Made by a program: the position numbers and the translations under genes
Shown: piece after piece, positions 40,571-50,428 of the stretch
How positions within the stretch are numbered: the stretch's first letter is position 1
How the letters are laid out: every line of letters begins with the position of its first letter
Virus record (IMG/VR): IMGVR_UViG_3300033149_003588
Location: 74,460 to 138,459 of that record
From: a virus
Strand: one strand, 5' to 3'
Length of the DNA stretch: 64,000 nt
Notes under the pieces: generated by a model
The model's database searches: none
Told to the model about the DNA's origin: nothing
Seen by the model: the letters and a program-made list of their open reading frames with translations, nothing else

Positions 40571-41741
40571 GAACCACCTTATCTATTATGTCAACCAGCT
40601 GATTAGTAACAGTTTGAGGCGAAAAATCTGGCAAATTACCACTTGAAATAAACCGATTCTCATAGGCATACCGCATAGTTCTCATTAAATCGTGTATAGT
40701 ACAGTCAAACCATTTCTGCTCACTTCTGTACCATGGAGATTCAGGTATATCACAAACAATATCCTCATATGCTGGCACCAAAAGTGAATTAGCCGAATTA
40801 ACAAAATCTGTGTGTCCACCCTTATTTAATGCTATACAAGGTGTACCAGATAATATGGCTTCCGCATATGGTAATCCAAATCCTTCGCCATGCGAAGGTA
40901 ATATAAATATATCACACTCTCTATAAAGATCAAATATCTCATCTCTATTTAAGAACTTATTTATAAGAATTATGGGCGGATAATCATGTTCATCCCTGGC
41001 TAATCCATATTTCACACGAGAAATATATTCATGTATCACCCTGGCATCACGAACTGAAGACATTTTTGACAAGTAAGTCTTTAGTACTAATATAACTTTC
41101 TCGTCATAGCTAAACTCGGCTAAATATGCCTGTAATAACTTTATAGGATTCTTACGTGGGGTCCATTGAAATATAGATAAAAACTTATAATGATCATCAT
41201 ATTGGGAAAGGTCGATAGTAGATGTGCCATTACTAATATCGTTAATAGTCACTATGTGTGGTACACAAAAAACCGGGATAGTGCAATCCTTTATAAATAC
41301 ATCACGCGAAAAAGTACAAAATGTTATCATGGCATCCATACCATTAAACCAGTTAACCCATAATCGCGGCAACTTGTCGGTTTCCCATGCAGTCATACCT
41401 ATATTTATCTTATTCTTCTCGACAAGCGGTTTATTATTGTGATAGCCATGAAACCACTTGGGAGTGCAATGAACCATAACAACATCATATTCTATATTAG
41501 AATTAATATATGGCAGCAGGGTCCTCCCAACATCACCAAAGGACTCAAGTCTATTCTTTATTGTGGATAGGTCAGGCGGAGCATCATTAAAATTATCGAT
41601 AAACATAGGAGATATGGTTACTGGAATATCAGTATAAGTAATGAGCCCGTATAAATAATTCCTGGCGGCCTCGGCATAACCAGTCTCATCGTATATAGGA
41701 GCCACATATTTTAATCCATTAATCATGTGTATCCTCGTCAT
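40557..41741 (-). CDS. GT4 (GT-B) glycosyltransferase
   Basis: TGYAEAARN, TAWETD, RKNPIKLL, LPSHGEGFGLPYAEAILSGTP. Confidence 0.9.
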   Translation of the reverse strand: MTRIHMINGLKYVAPIYDETGYAEAARNYLYGLITYTDIPVTISPMFIDNFNDAPPDLSTIKNRLESFGDVGRTLLPYINSNIEYDVVMVHCTPKWFHGYHNNKPLVEKNKINIGMTAWETDKLPRLWVNWFNGMDAMITFCTFSRDVFIKDCTIPVFCVPHIVTINDISNGTSTIDLSQYDDHYKFLSIFQWTPRKNPIKLLQAYLAEFSYDEKVILVLKTYLSKMSSVRDARVIHEYISRVKYGLARDEHDYPPIILINKFLNRDEIFDLYRECDIFILPSHGEGFGLPYAEAILSGTPCIALNKGGHTDFVNSANSLLVPAYEDIVCDIPESPWYRSEQKWFDCTIHDLMRTMRYAYENRFISSGNLPDFSPQTVTNQLVDIIDKVVRDAR

Positions 41742-42066
41742 CTCCTAATAATTTCTTTTTGTCATGGATATATTTCCTAATATACTTATTGGCATTGCTA
41801 GCAATCCTTTGAAGTACCTCATCATCACTGTTGGATATCAATATGTCAAACTCGACATCATTAACTCCTATTGAAATAACGACATAGTTAGTAAATTCAT
41901 CTACTGAAAATTCACCATGTCTAGATATAAAATCCATCCTAACTATATCGACAACAGAAGACAAATAGGATGTCGCATCGGTGTGCTGAGCAATTATCGC
42001 TTCTACTAAATCAGGGCGTTGATCAATAAGCCCTTCAATGGTAATATCTGTATAGTCATTATCCAT
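41719..42066 (-). CDS. Hypothetical protein
   Basis: 115 aa ORF in operon context. Confidence 0.6.
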   Translation of the reverse strand: MDNDYTDITIEGLIDQRPDLVEAIIAQHTDATSYLSSVVDIVRMDFISRHGEFSVDEFTNYVVISIGVNDVEFDILISNSDDEVLQRIASNANKYIRKYIHDKKKLLGDDEDTHD

Positions 42067-42069
42067 ATC

Positions 42070-42636
42070 TTATCCCCCTAATAGTGGGTAATAGTCAGAA
42101 CGAACCGAAGTAGAACAATAGGGACATCTGATATCTGGTGAATCTTGTCCTATGGGTATATAAAATATATTTTGACACTCTGGGCACCTAATAGTATCTG
42201 CTAAAACAACGATATTGCCATCGACGACTTGGGTATCACCATCGGGATATGTAATAATAACATTGTGCCCCTCATACACAGACTGAATAGTCTCTATTAT
42301 GCTCCTGGCCATTTCTGTTTCATCATCATCAATATCATCAGCAGACAACCCATTAAGCCAATCAGCTGCGTCTTTTTTAGAATAACCAGATTCTAATAAC
42401 AAATTAGTTGTAGCTGTTGTAAGTAATTCTACTTGGACATCGTTGTATTTCTTAAATTTAAGATAAACATTATATAATCTACCACTAATAATCATATCAT
42501 AATGTGTAACACGCATCATGGCATCTAACACGAATATATCTTTTATCATAGGCGATTTAAGCCCACGATACTTAACATCATATACAGCTTGGGCGATGAT
42601 CGATATATCGTTGATTTTCATAATATTTCCCCACAA
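42070..42636 (-). CDS. Hypothetical protein with C-terminal zinc ribbon
   Basis: CPEC...CPYC. Confidence 0.65.
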   Translation of the reverse strand: MWGNIMKINDISIIAQAVYDVKYRGLKSPMIKDIFVLDAMMRVTHYDMIISGRLYNVYLKFKKYNDVQVELLTTATTNLLLESGYSKKDAADWLNGLSADDIDDDETEMARSIIETIQSVYEGHNVIITYPDGDTQVVDGNIVVLADTIRCPECQNIFYIPIGQDSPDIRCPYCSTSVRSDYYPLLGG

Positions 42637-42989
42637 TTTGCTGCTATTTTATCAGCATATTCATTACACATCTGCCCTATCGTGTATTTTGTCATCGGTA
42701 TACTATCATCAAATTTAAACACTGTGGTATATGTTACACCCTCATAAGAAAAATCTAGTGTTATATTGTCATCCTCTATACTTACTAAAACATAGCCGTG
42801 CCTTGTCCTGTATATTCTATTTTTATTGCCTCGCCACTCTATCCACATAGGGTAAACACCGATGGCAACCTTATCAACAAGCTCTAGTTTATTTAGCCAA
42901 CTATCAACCATTGTATTTTCATAATATATTATGGGTAGTACTGCTGGTTTTTCTATTGGCCCCACAACTAGGCTAGAAACGGGAACCAA
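42618..42989 (-). CDS. Hypothetical protein (start uncertain)
   Basis: ORF track; a downstream ATG may be the true start. Confidence 0.55.
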   Translation of the reverse strand: MVPVSSLVVGPIEKPAVLPIIYYENTMVDSWLNKLELVDKVAIGVYPMWIEWRGNKNRIYRTRHGYVLVSIEDDNITLDFSYEGVTYTTVFKFDDSIPMTKYTIGQMCNEYADKIAANCGEIL

Positions 42990-43184
42990 TCATAATTATG
43001 TTGTGAATTCCCGATACACATAAGGTGGTATAACCAGCAGGTCGATAAAATACCCCCAAATTGTGACCACCAGTGTGGCCCTGATTTTATCGGCGTACTA
43101 CCCATTTCAATGAACATCAATTTATCGACAAATAAAAAGCATCGATCAAAATATAAAACAATTCATCCATTTTATATAATATAA

Positions 43185-43616
43185 CTAGTCACCTCGCTCT
43201 ATTTTATAATTATAATTACTGTGCGATGTCACCATCGTCTCAATTATCGCATCTCTATTAACATCCCCATATTTAATGGTAAAGCATTTTAAACATGATT
43301 CTGCATCCCAATCATTTGAAGCACAACATATGGCAATAGCTAAAGAATCTGATCTTAATAATACCGTCTCCTTAAACATATTATAGGTGTAATCATATTT
43401 AGATAACATCACAATAAATACATTATCTAAATATGTGGTATCTGGTTCTGCACCATCTAAAGTATTAAAATATATCGTTACCGTATCGAGAAGATCAGTA
43501 TATATTTCAAGGAACACGGAATCTGGTATAATCTCAGCACATAGGGCAGGGCACAGCATAATCATTAATAAAATAAATAATATCATCATCTCTCCTGGGG
43601 CTATATATCTACTCAT
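43185..43616 (-). CDS. Hypothetical protein with signal/TM segment
   Basis: MMILFILLMIMLCPALCA. Confidence 0.65.
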   Translation of the reverse strand: MSRYIAPGEMMILFILLMIMLCPALCAEIIPDSVFLEIYTDLLDTVTIYFNTLDGAEPDTTYLDNVFIVMLSKYDYTYNMFKETVLLRSDSLAIAICCASNDWDAESCLKCFTIKYGDVNRDAIIETMVTSHSNYNYKIERGD

Positions 43617-43643
43617 GTGTCTTTATATTCGCTAACCTCATCA

Positions 43644-44357
43644 CTATCCAAATACTAGACGATCGGCCAACCCATCAGCCACATCTGGAAACAATGGTAT
43701 AATGGCTGCTATTATCTCTTTATCTGTTATCTCGATACTAACACCATCCAAAACATCACAAATTATTTGTAATCTATGTTTATCTAGACGAATATCTTTC
43801 TCTAAAATGTCGATAATCGTTCTTATATCGATTCTTTCTTCTGGTGACAATATGTTACTAGACATAAAACTTAGTCTATCTTCTGGCATATCATCATCAA
43901 TAAAGGCAGACATATTGGTCTCAATGGGCTCAAGACGAAAATTTGTACTTTTGCATCTTCTACATGTATTATTCCTAGGACTATATGGGCCAATATATCC
44001 ACACGATAAACAACAAAATTGTAGTTTTTGAGAAAAGGCTCGCCTCTGGCCATCCAATATGGCATTATGTCCTCTCCAATTCAAATGACTCACTGGATCA
44101 CCCCTCGACTCTAATTTATCTATATAATTACTTATGCCAACCCAATAGTCATCGGCAGCGTCGTCGACACTATACACACTCTTAGAACCATCGTCACCTA
44201 TTAATATCGCAGACCTGGGCACTATACTATGCCCATATTTAACACAATGCCTCTCTATTAAGAGGGCTAAAATCTCTTCTTTAGGCCTCATCGTTCCTCT
44301 TCTTAATGTTGCTAGATATAAATTCATTATATACACTGATACCCGACGATATATCAT
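43644..44357 (-). CDS. Sigma-factor-like protein with inserted zinc ribbon (tentative)
   Basis: CLSC...CRRC, then SPEERIDIRTIIDIL...QIICDVLDG, resembling a region-4 lead-in. Confidence 0.4.
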   Translation of the reverse strand: MIYRRVSVYIMNLYLATLRRGTMRPKEEILALLIERHCVKYGHSIVPRSAILIGDDGSKSVYSVDDAADDYWVGISNYIDKLESRGDPVSHLNWRGHNAILDGQRRAFSQKLQFCCLSCGYIGPYSPRNNTCRRCKSTNFRLEPIETNMSAFIDDDMPEDRLSFMSSNILSPEERIDIRTIIDILEKDIRLDKHRLQIICDVLDGVSIEITDKEIIAAIIPLFPDVADGLADRLVFG

Positions 44358-46275
44358 TCAATTCTATGTCAAGTTCTCTACAAATTCCCTCTATAGTGCG
44401 TTTGGTAAGATAAGAATTATGTAATAATTCATGTGAAAATCTGGCTAATGGAACCTTGTTATTATTTATAATATCTATAGCCCTATTATATGCATCATTG
44501 CATAACCTTTGTACTTCTTCACTATTATTGTCCGGAAGCGATAATGTGTACTCACTGTCTGCCCCCGCATAAGGAGTATAGAGCAATGGTATAGCATTAT
44601 ATCCTAGACGCCGAATAAGTGATGTAGCACGCATTGTTAATCTCTGGATATCCTCCCGTAAACCCATACTGTTGTTACCATAGCCAAACACAACTTCTTC
44701 GGCAACCTTACCACCCAAATCGACGGCCATCTTGCCTATCTCATCATTACATGTGCTACAAAATAAATCATTTGATTCTATTGACATAAAACCATGATTT
44801 ATCGCCATCGTGCCATAAGCTGATACCTTGGCTGGTGCTTTTTTAAATAGATTAAGATATACTATAAGATGACCAGCCTCATGAACAGCGATTCTCATGT
44901 GCTCCAAATCAACCTTGGGCTGTCTAAGCTGATCTATCTTCAATAATACTTCTTTCTCAAATATTATCTCCCCATTATACTTAGAAATCAATTTATTGTC
45001 ACCCACAGTAAGTTCTATATCCAAATTCTTAGCATGTGTTGTACCCGTGTCTAATTTATTTAATAAAGCCAATAATATCTTGGGTATATTAGATGCTATA
45101 ATAGAGTCTATGGTGCTAAATATCGGCCTGGCACCCTGAGTCGGATATACGCCATCTCTATATAATAAATCAATCACTTTGTTATTATAAACAATATTTA
45201 CACCAAAATGTTCTCTTATAATACTACATAGACGATCTAAATCAAGTTTTATTAAGTCTATATAATTTTGTGACGAGAAAGCTGGATATATAATGTGATT
45301 GTTGCCTAGCCTGGCAATCTGCTCAGCCCTAAACATTCTAAACAAACCATCCTTAACTACTGGTACTGTTATATTCTTAGATTGCCTATGTAAATCGTCA
45401 GCAGACATGTCCGGATCTACGTCGAATGTTGATGTATATATGTGATCGATATTACCAACCACGAAAATTAACGCCTGCTTATAATATAAAATAGGTTGGG
45501 TCTTAACTTTATTAAGCTCATCTATCATCCACTCAAGTGTTTTAACAAAATTATTATCGAGCCTCTCGTGTATTTCCTCGTAAGAGATCTGTGTCTGGGT
45601 GAATTTGATAAATTCATCTATATCCCAATCCGCCAGGCTCATATCATGCCCTTCTGTTGATGGTTTTAATTCTGATCCCATGTACTCCTTTTTTAATCCA
45701 AACCATTTCTTATAAAACCGTGCACCCTTATGAGGCGTCGATAAATTATTATTATACTCATCTATCTTCCTAAGATACCTCGTTATAGTAGATTGTGTAA
45801 AATTTCGCTCTGGTGGTACAACCCTACCATCAGATAACAACGACCATATTGCTCTAAGTGCATCCCTGTCTACACTGTTACCGTAGTTATCAATAGTAAA
45901 TCCATTTTGTATCTCATCTAACAAAATAATGCATGTATCGTTGGCCATATCCCAGAATTTCCAGAACATATCGCTTGCAAATGTCCTACTATCATTACCT
46001 GTATATTCACCGATATCAAATTGTATTAATGGTACATTCAGAAAATCAGATATACTCCTAACTATTGAGGTCTTACCAGTACCAGTCATGCCCCATAGAT
46101 TAATAATAGTTGGTCTTGTTGCATGTTTGTTAAAAATAACCCACGGAATCATATATGTTATTATCTCATTTATTACATTATCAAGTCCAACATAGTTCTC
46201 TTTTAAATACGATGATAGTTCATTAAGTCTTGCTATCTTTGTATTTAGATCAACTTTATAATCTAATAGCTTCAT
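44281..46275 (-). CDS. Soluble AAA+ ATPase - M41 (FtsH-type) zinc peptidase fusion
   Basis: GMTGTGKT, LLDE, Clp-type GARP sensor-2, HEAGH, LGGKVAEE. No TM segment. Confidence 0.85.
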   Translation of the reverse strand: MKLLDYKVDLNTKIARLNELSSYLKENYVGLDNVINEIITYMIPWVIFNKHATRPTIINLWGMTGTGKTSIVRSISDFLNVPLIQFDIGEYTGNDSRTFASDMFWKFWDMANDTCIILLDEIQNGFTIDNYGNSVDRDALRAIWSLLSDGRVVPPERNFTQSTITRYLRKIDEYNNNLSTPHKGARFYKKWFGLKKEYMGSELKPSTEGHDMSLADWDIDEFIKFTQTQISYEEIHERLDNNFVKTLEWMIDELNKVKTQPILYYKQALIFVVGNIDHIYTSTFDVDPDMSADDLHRQSKNITVPVVKDGLFRMFRAEQIARLGNNHIIYPAFSSQNYIDLIKLDLDRLCSIIREHFGVNIVYNNKVIDLLYRDGVYPTQGARPIFSTIDSIIASNIPKILLALLNKLDTGTTHAKNLDIELTVGDNKLISKYNGEIIFEKEVLLKIDQLRQPKVDLEHMRIAVHEAGHLIVYLNLFKKAPAKVSAYGTMAINHGFMSIESNDLFCSTCNDEIGKMAVDLGGKVAEEVVFGYGNNSMGLREDIQRLTMRATSLIRRLGYNAIPLLYTPYAGADSEYTLSLPDNNSEEVQRLCNDAYNRAIDIINNNKVPLARFSHELLHNSYLTKRTIEGICRELDIELNDISSGISVYNEFISSNIKKRNDEA

Positions 46276-46757
46276 TATATATCCCTAATGTGTAATATCT
46301 TATCTTTATCAATGCACATATCAGCACCAATATTATTAATCATAGATAAGATTTTATTGTATTCTGTTTTCTTGACTTCGCTTAGTATATTCCATATCGA
46401 AGGATCTCGTTTTATATTAAGTATCTCCCTATACCTTTTTAACATGATTTCAGCATAGTCGGGTTTGAACATAATGCGCTTAATTTTGGCCAGCTGTTTT
46501 CTATATGCTGCCCTACAGGCTGGGCACATTATCTTTTCTTGTGCTTGTCCAGAATTTATTATAATCTTGGGCTGATGTCCATCTGCGTATTGTGGTTTGC
46601 CAACTATCTCGTATTTGGGCCTACCATTCTCATCTAGATCTGGTCTCCAAGCACCAGCCTCGTTCTTATGCCATGATACTCTTACACCACGAATAACATG
46701 CCCATATTCGTTATAAGATGGATAACCCAGACAATCAACAACCATTATCGATTTCAT
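46275..46757 (-). CDS. Hypothetical protein
   Basis: 160 aa with CPAC. Confidence 0.6.
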   Translation of the reverse strand: MKSIMVVDCLGYPSYNEYGHVIRGVRVSWHKNEAGAWRPDLDENGRPKYEIVGKPQYADGHQPKIIINSGQAQEKIMCPACRAAYRKQLAKIKRIMFKPDYAEIMLKRYREILNIKRDPSIWNILSEVKKTEYNKILSMINNIGADMCIDKDKILHIRDI

Positions 46758-47473
46758 TCTTCCTCTAATCTTTCCTTGATTTTACGAACATAATCGAGCA
46801 TAGACTTCGTTCGATCTACTTTATCTTCTTGACCACGCATAAGTGCCAATAACCGAAAACTATTTATGAATACACCGAGATCATCTGCATCCCCGATTTC
46901 CAATTGATCCAACCAATAAATATTATCATGATTGTAACCCATATCATAGTCATTAGCATCTAGAAGACCAACATTTATGCTTTTATGCATGTTAATATTA
47001 TCTATTAACTCTTGAGCATGGGGGTCTAATCCCATATACCTAATAGGTCTAGTTGCATTAATAAATTTAAATCCTTCAGACTGAATACTTTCTGTTTCTT
47101 TTATCAGATAATAAACACTACTAGCTTCGAGATCATTTACAGGAGTAAGTGCCAAACAATATAGATCTTCAGAATAAGCATGGGCATATAATTTAAATTC
47201 ATTTGCCCTATGCTCATGCACCTTAAGCCACCATAGAATATGCTTATAGGCCTCCTCAGCATGCTCTATAATAAAAACAATATATAAATCATCATCCTGG
47301 CCCTCATAATGCACAATATCTTTCGCTTCACCGGTATCCACAGAAAGGAAGGTCTCAATATCCTGTGGTATTTCATTAAGAAAGACTTGTTCGTCTCTAT
47401 ATAGGAGCGGAATATATCCAAGATAACAAGCTTTATAAATACTTAGATCTCCACCTTCAGGTACTATAATCAT
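46754..47473 (-). CDS. Hypothetical protein
   Basis: 239 aa ORF with RBS. Confidence 0.6.
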   Translation of the reverse strand: MIIVPEGGDLSIYKACYLGYIPLLYRDEQVFLNEIPQDIETFLSVDTGEAKDIVHYEGQDDDLYIVFIIEHAEEAYKHILWWLKVHEHRANEFKLYAHAYSEDLYCLALTPVNDLEASSVYYLIKETESIQSEGFKFINATRPIRYMGLDPHAQELIDNINMHKSINVGLLDANDYDMGYNHDNIYWLDQLEIGDADDLGVFINSFRLLALMRGQEDKVDRTKSMLDYVRKIKERLEEE

Positions 47474-47636
47474 ATCTCCCTCTTGTCTACTTACTGATTA
47501 TCAAATACTATATTCAATATCCCTCTCTCATTTTTAAGAACTACAAAATAAAAAATTATGATATTTTCTTCTTTTTCGGATACATATTCTTATCGGAACA
47601 AAAAGAAATATTACCAAAATATCAGTTCTGGACATG

Positions 47637-48548
47637 CTATTGAAATAATTTTCTATGTTTTTTAACTATATCGTCTACTGTTACACCCAATTTTAATTCC
47701 ATAATATGCCATATTGGATTGTGACCTATTCTATTTAATATTTCCTGGGCCAATATGTTCTCTTCAGCCATTTTAACTATATTATAGTATAATTCTTCAT
47801 GTATTTCTTCTATGGTAACTGAATCCAAATCGTCCAAGCTATCGACATTTGCCCTTACAAAATCCATAATAGGTTCTAATGTATTAATATCTTGTTGTTT
47901 CAATATTAATGGAGACAATATACTGGTGGATGGGCCATACCAATATTGACCAGTAGTGGAAAGTCTTTTAATATGTAGGACTGCAAATGTATTACAAATT
48001 ATTACCATAGATTCATGGGTATCATCCGCAATCCTGGCAACTCCCATATATTTTATTGGAAGTCCAAACATCTCAATCGGCAGTAAAGACTCGACATGTT
48101 CAGCTATATCTTTTTTGTTTATTGTATTCATATTCAGGCCTCCGCTATTTCTTCCTATTAACCACACATATGGGAATAGGGGGCTATTCTGCATATATGC
48201 CAATCCTGGGGTAATCTTTGTAAATAAAATCTCATTTAATGGCATCATTTTTATAAGATTCCATCTACTAGGACTTACCCACGACTTAATCGTTGAATCC
48301 TTAATAGTAGTACGTAACATATACCTCTCATTGTGCATTCCCAACCATCTAAGATCACCCCATACTTTTATTAATCTATCTCGCTTGGTATCCTTTTTGT
48401 AAAATTTTATTCTCAATGGTAATCCTCTAATATTTCTATATAATCCCGGGAGTCCTACTTCTCCATCATGCAATACTCTGTGTTGCCGACGAGAAATATG
48501 TCTATCTAGTTCATATAGGATTTGATATATATCATTATCAATCAACAT
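47637..48548 (-). CDS. Hypothetical protein
   Basis: 303 aa ORF in operon context. Confidence 0.6.
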   Translation of the reverse strand: MLIDNDIYQILYELDRHISRRQHRVLHDGEVGLPGLYRNIRGLPLRIKFYKKDTKRDRLIKVWGDLRWLGMHNERYMLRTTIKDSTIKSWVSPSRWNLIKMMPLNEILFTKITPGLAYMQNSPLFPYVWLIGRNSGGLNMNTINKKDIAEHVESLLPIEMFGLPIKYMGVARIADDTHESMVIICNTFAVLHIKRLSTTGQYWYGPSTSILSPLILKQQDINTLEPIMDFVRANVDSLDDLDSVTIEEIHEELYYNIVKMAEENILAQEILNRIGHNPIWHIMELKLGVTVDDIVKKHRKLFQ

Positions 48549-49020
48549 TATAACCCCACAAATTTATAAATGATTCTTTCAGATGGTTATATAGTTCTTT
48601 ATCTTTGATATATATTGATATGTCATGCCAATCACTACTAGACAAATAATTCATTCCGCCCATCATAACATTATCATCATTCCATAATATAAATTTTAAA
48701 TGACTTAAAGGAACGAATCTTATATCTAATATGTTGGAATATTCAACCAAATGCCTATTTAATCTCTTAATATAATTATCTCTAGCTCTTGTGCTTCCAC
48801 AATTGGGACACGGTTGAGGATAAAATATCCCCACTATGGCCTTGATTTTTACATTGAATTTCTGAATATCACTAAGAAACTTTGCAGTATCATTATACCG
48901 GTCTGCCCCACAAGCATTCAAACCACAATATATGCCATAGCTAGCTATTAACATTTCACCACTAGGATTAGTAGATAATATATATTCATATACATCCTTT
49001 ATCAATTTATATAGTTTCAT
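48538..49020 (-). CDS. Phospholipase-D-like (HKD) nuclease
   Basis: HLKFILWNDD...GGMNY single HKD-type motif. Confidence 0.7.
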   Translation of the reverse strand: MKLYKLIKDVYEYILSTNPSGEMLIASYGIYCGLNACGADRYNDTAKFLSDIQKFNVKIKAIVGIFYPQPCPNCGSTRARDNYIKRLNRHLVEYSNILDIRFVPLSHLKFILWNDDNVMMGGMNYLSSSDWHDISIYIKDKELYNHLKESFINLWGYNVD

Positions 49021-49601
49021 AAATATTGTTTCAATGATCTTAGGTCATCAATAAATTGTGGTAACTTCGTTTTATCTCTTAATATATATGATGGATGATA
49101 TGTTGCTATTACGGGTACAGTAAATTTATCCAAAATTAATACATCCTTTATAATATTCATTAATGATTTCAAACTCCTAGATGCTGGCTCTTTCATTAGT
49201 GCTCTGGCAGCTACGCGTCCTAGACAACATATTATACTAGGACGTATTATATCAATTTGAGAGTAAAGATATCCTATGCATGACAAGATTTCTTCTTTAT
49301 GGGGATCTCTATTATTAGGTGGGCGACAATGTACAACATTGCTAATATAAACATCTTGTCTACTCATACCAGCAGCCTCCAGTGCTTTATTAAGCACTTC
49401 TCCCGATTTACCAGTAAATGGAAGTCCCACAAAATCCTCGGTTACCCCAGGGGCCTCACCCACAAGCATAATGTGGGCATCATGATTGCCATCACCAAAC
49501 ACTACAAAATTTCTCTCTAAGTGTAGGGCACATTTCCTACATGTTGCCATATCTGCAAATAGCGCCAACAATCTATTAGCTTTAGAATCAGATAATTGCA
49601 A
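49017..49601 (-). CDS. Family 4 uracil-DNA glycosylase (4Fe-4S)
   Basis: CRKC, GEAPG, PFTG, CRPPNNRDP, YHPS. TTG start after GGAG. Confidence 0.93.
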   Translation of the reverse strand: MQLSDSKANRLLALFADMATCRKCALHLERNFVVFGDGNHDAHIMLVGEAPGVTEDFVGLPFTGKSGEVLNKALEAAGMSRQDVYISNVVHCRPPNNRDPHKEEILSCIGYLYSQIDIIRPSIICCLGRVAARALMKEPASRSLKSLMNIIKDVLILDKFTVPVIATYHPSYILRDKTKLPQFIDDLRSLKQYL

Positions 49602-49645
49602 TTGTACTCCAATACTATATATTTAATAATATTATAATCAAAATA

Positions 49646-49676
49646 GGGCAGTATGAAAATATATCCCATACTGCCC
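49646..49676 (-). terminator. Rho-independent terminator-like hairpin at the early/replication boundary
   Basis: Perfect 10-bp stem GGGCAGTATG/CATACTGCCC, followed on the minus strand by UAUUUUGAUU. Confidence 0.65.
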
Positions 49677-49820
49677 GCTCAACCAAGGAGGTACTCTTGG
49701 TGATACATACTAACGAAACACTCAAAATATTTATAGAATTAACTGATGAGCTATTTTGATTTTTCAACATTTATACCTCCTATAACTCTGCGATCTAGAA
49801 TTACCAATTCTACAAACAAA

Positions 49821-49848
49821 AAAGTACATAGCAAGCTTGTTGTCAAGC
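49821..49848 (-). promoter_or_regulatory. Repeated promoter-like motif, copy A
   Basis: GCTTGACAACAAGCTTGCTATGTACTTT; similar to copies at 60039 and 60900. Confidence 0.55.
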
Positions 49849-49994
49849 TCCAACAAATTCAAAATCACAAGTGAATTTATTTCTCACAGTCTAGAACTTT
49901 AATTACTATATATGCCAAATAAAGTGACAACAATAAAGTCATTTAAATCCCCACTTCTCTTGTCTGGTATTAACTATGGATCAAATATTATTTA

Positions 49995-50219
49995 TTATCC
50001 TTCTTGCAATTTAGTACTCCCCACATAGACCAGTTTATACCATTCTACTGATTTCCTATTACATTCATTACAAGAGATCTTGTAGCCTAGTTGGTCACCC
50101 CCTATAACACTTTCCCCATACTCTATATCTTCACTACCACACCAAACACACTTACCTATACACTTCATTCTTTCTCCTTTGGCTTTTATTTCCCAAATCT
50201 TTCTTTCAGTATTTTCCAA
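49995..50219 (-). CDS. Small zinc-ribbon protein
   Basis: CVWC...CNEC. Confidence 0.6.
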   Translation of the reverse strand: MENTERKIWEIKAKGERMKCIGKCVWCGSEDIEYGESVIGGDQLGYKISCNECNRKSVEWYKLVYVGSTKLQEG

Positions 50220-50398
50220 TTCTTAGCCAGCCACCAAGTTGCCTCTAACGAGAGATGTGCCAATGGGTCTGTTGGTCGTCCTCTCTCTATCCTGATTAGA
50301 GCGATTAAATCTTGAGGGGTAATATTACTAGCATCCAATTCCCGTATAATCTCGATTGCCCTATCGGGGTTATCTTTCAATTTTTTTCTGATTCCCAT
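50186..50398 (-). CDS. Small hypothetical protein
   Basis: GGAGG RBS, 70 aa. Confidence 0.6.
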   Translation of the reverse strand: MGIRKKLKDNPDRAIEIIRELDASNITPQDLIALIRIERGRPTDPLAHLSLEATWWLAKNWKILKERFGK

Positions 50399-50428
50399 TT
50401 TCCCTCCTTGGTTTTGTATCTTGTTGTA

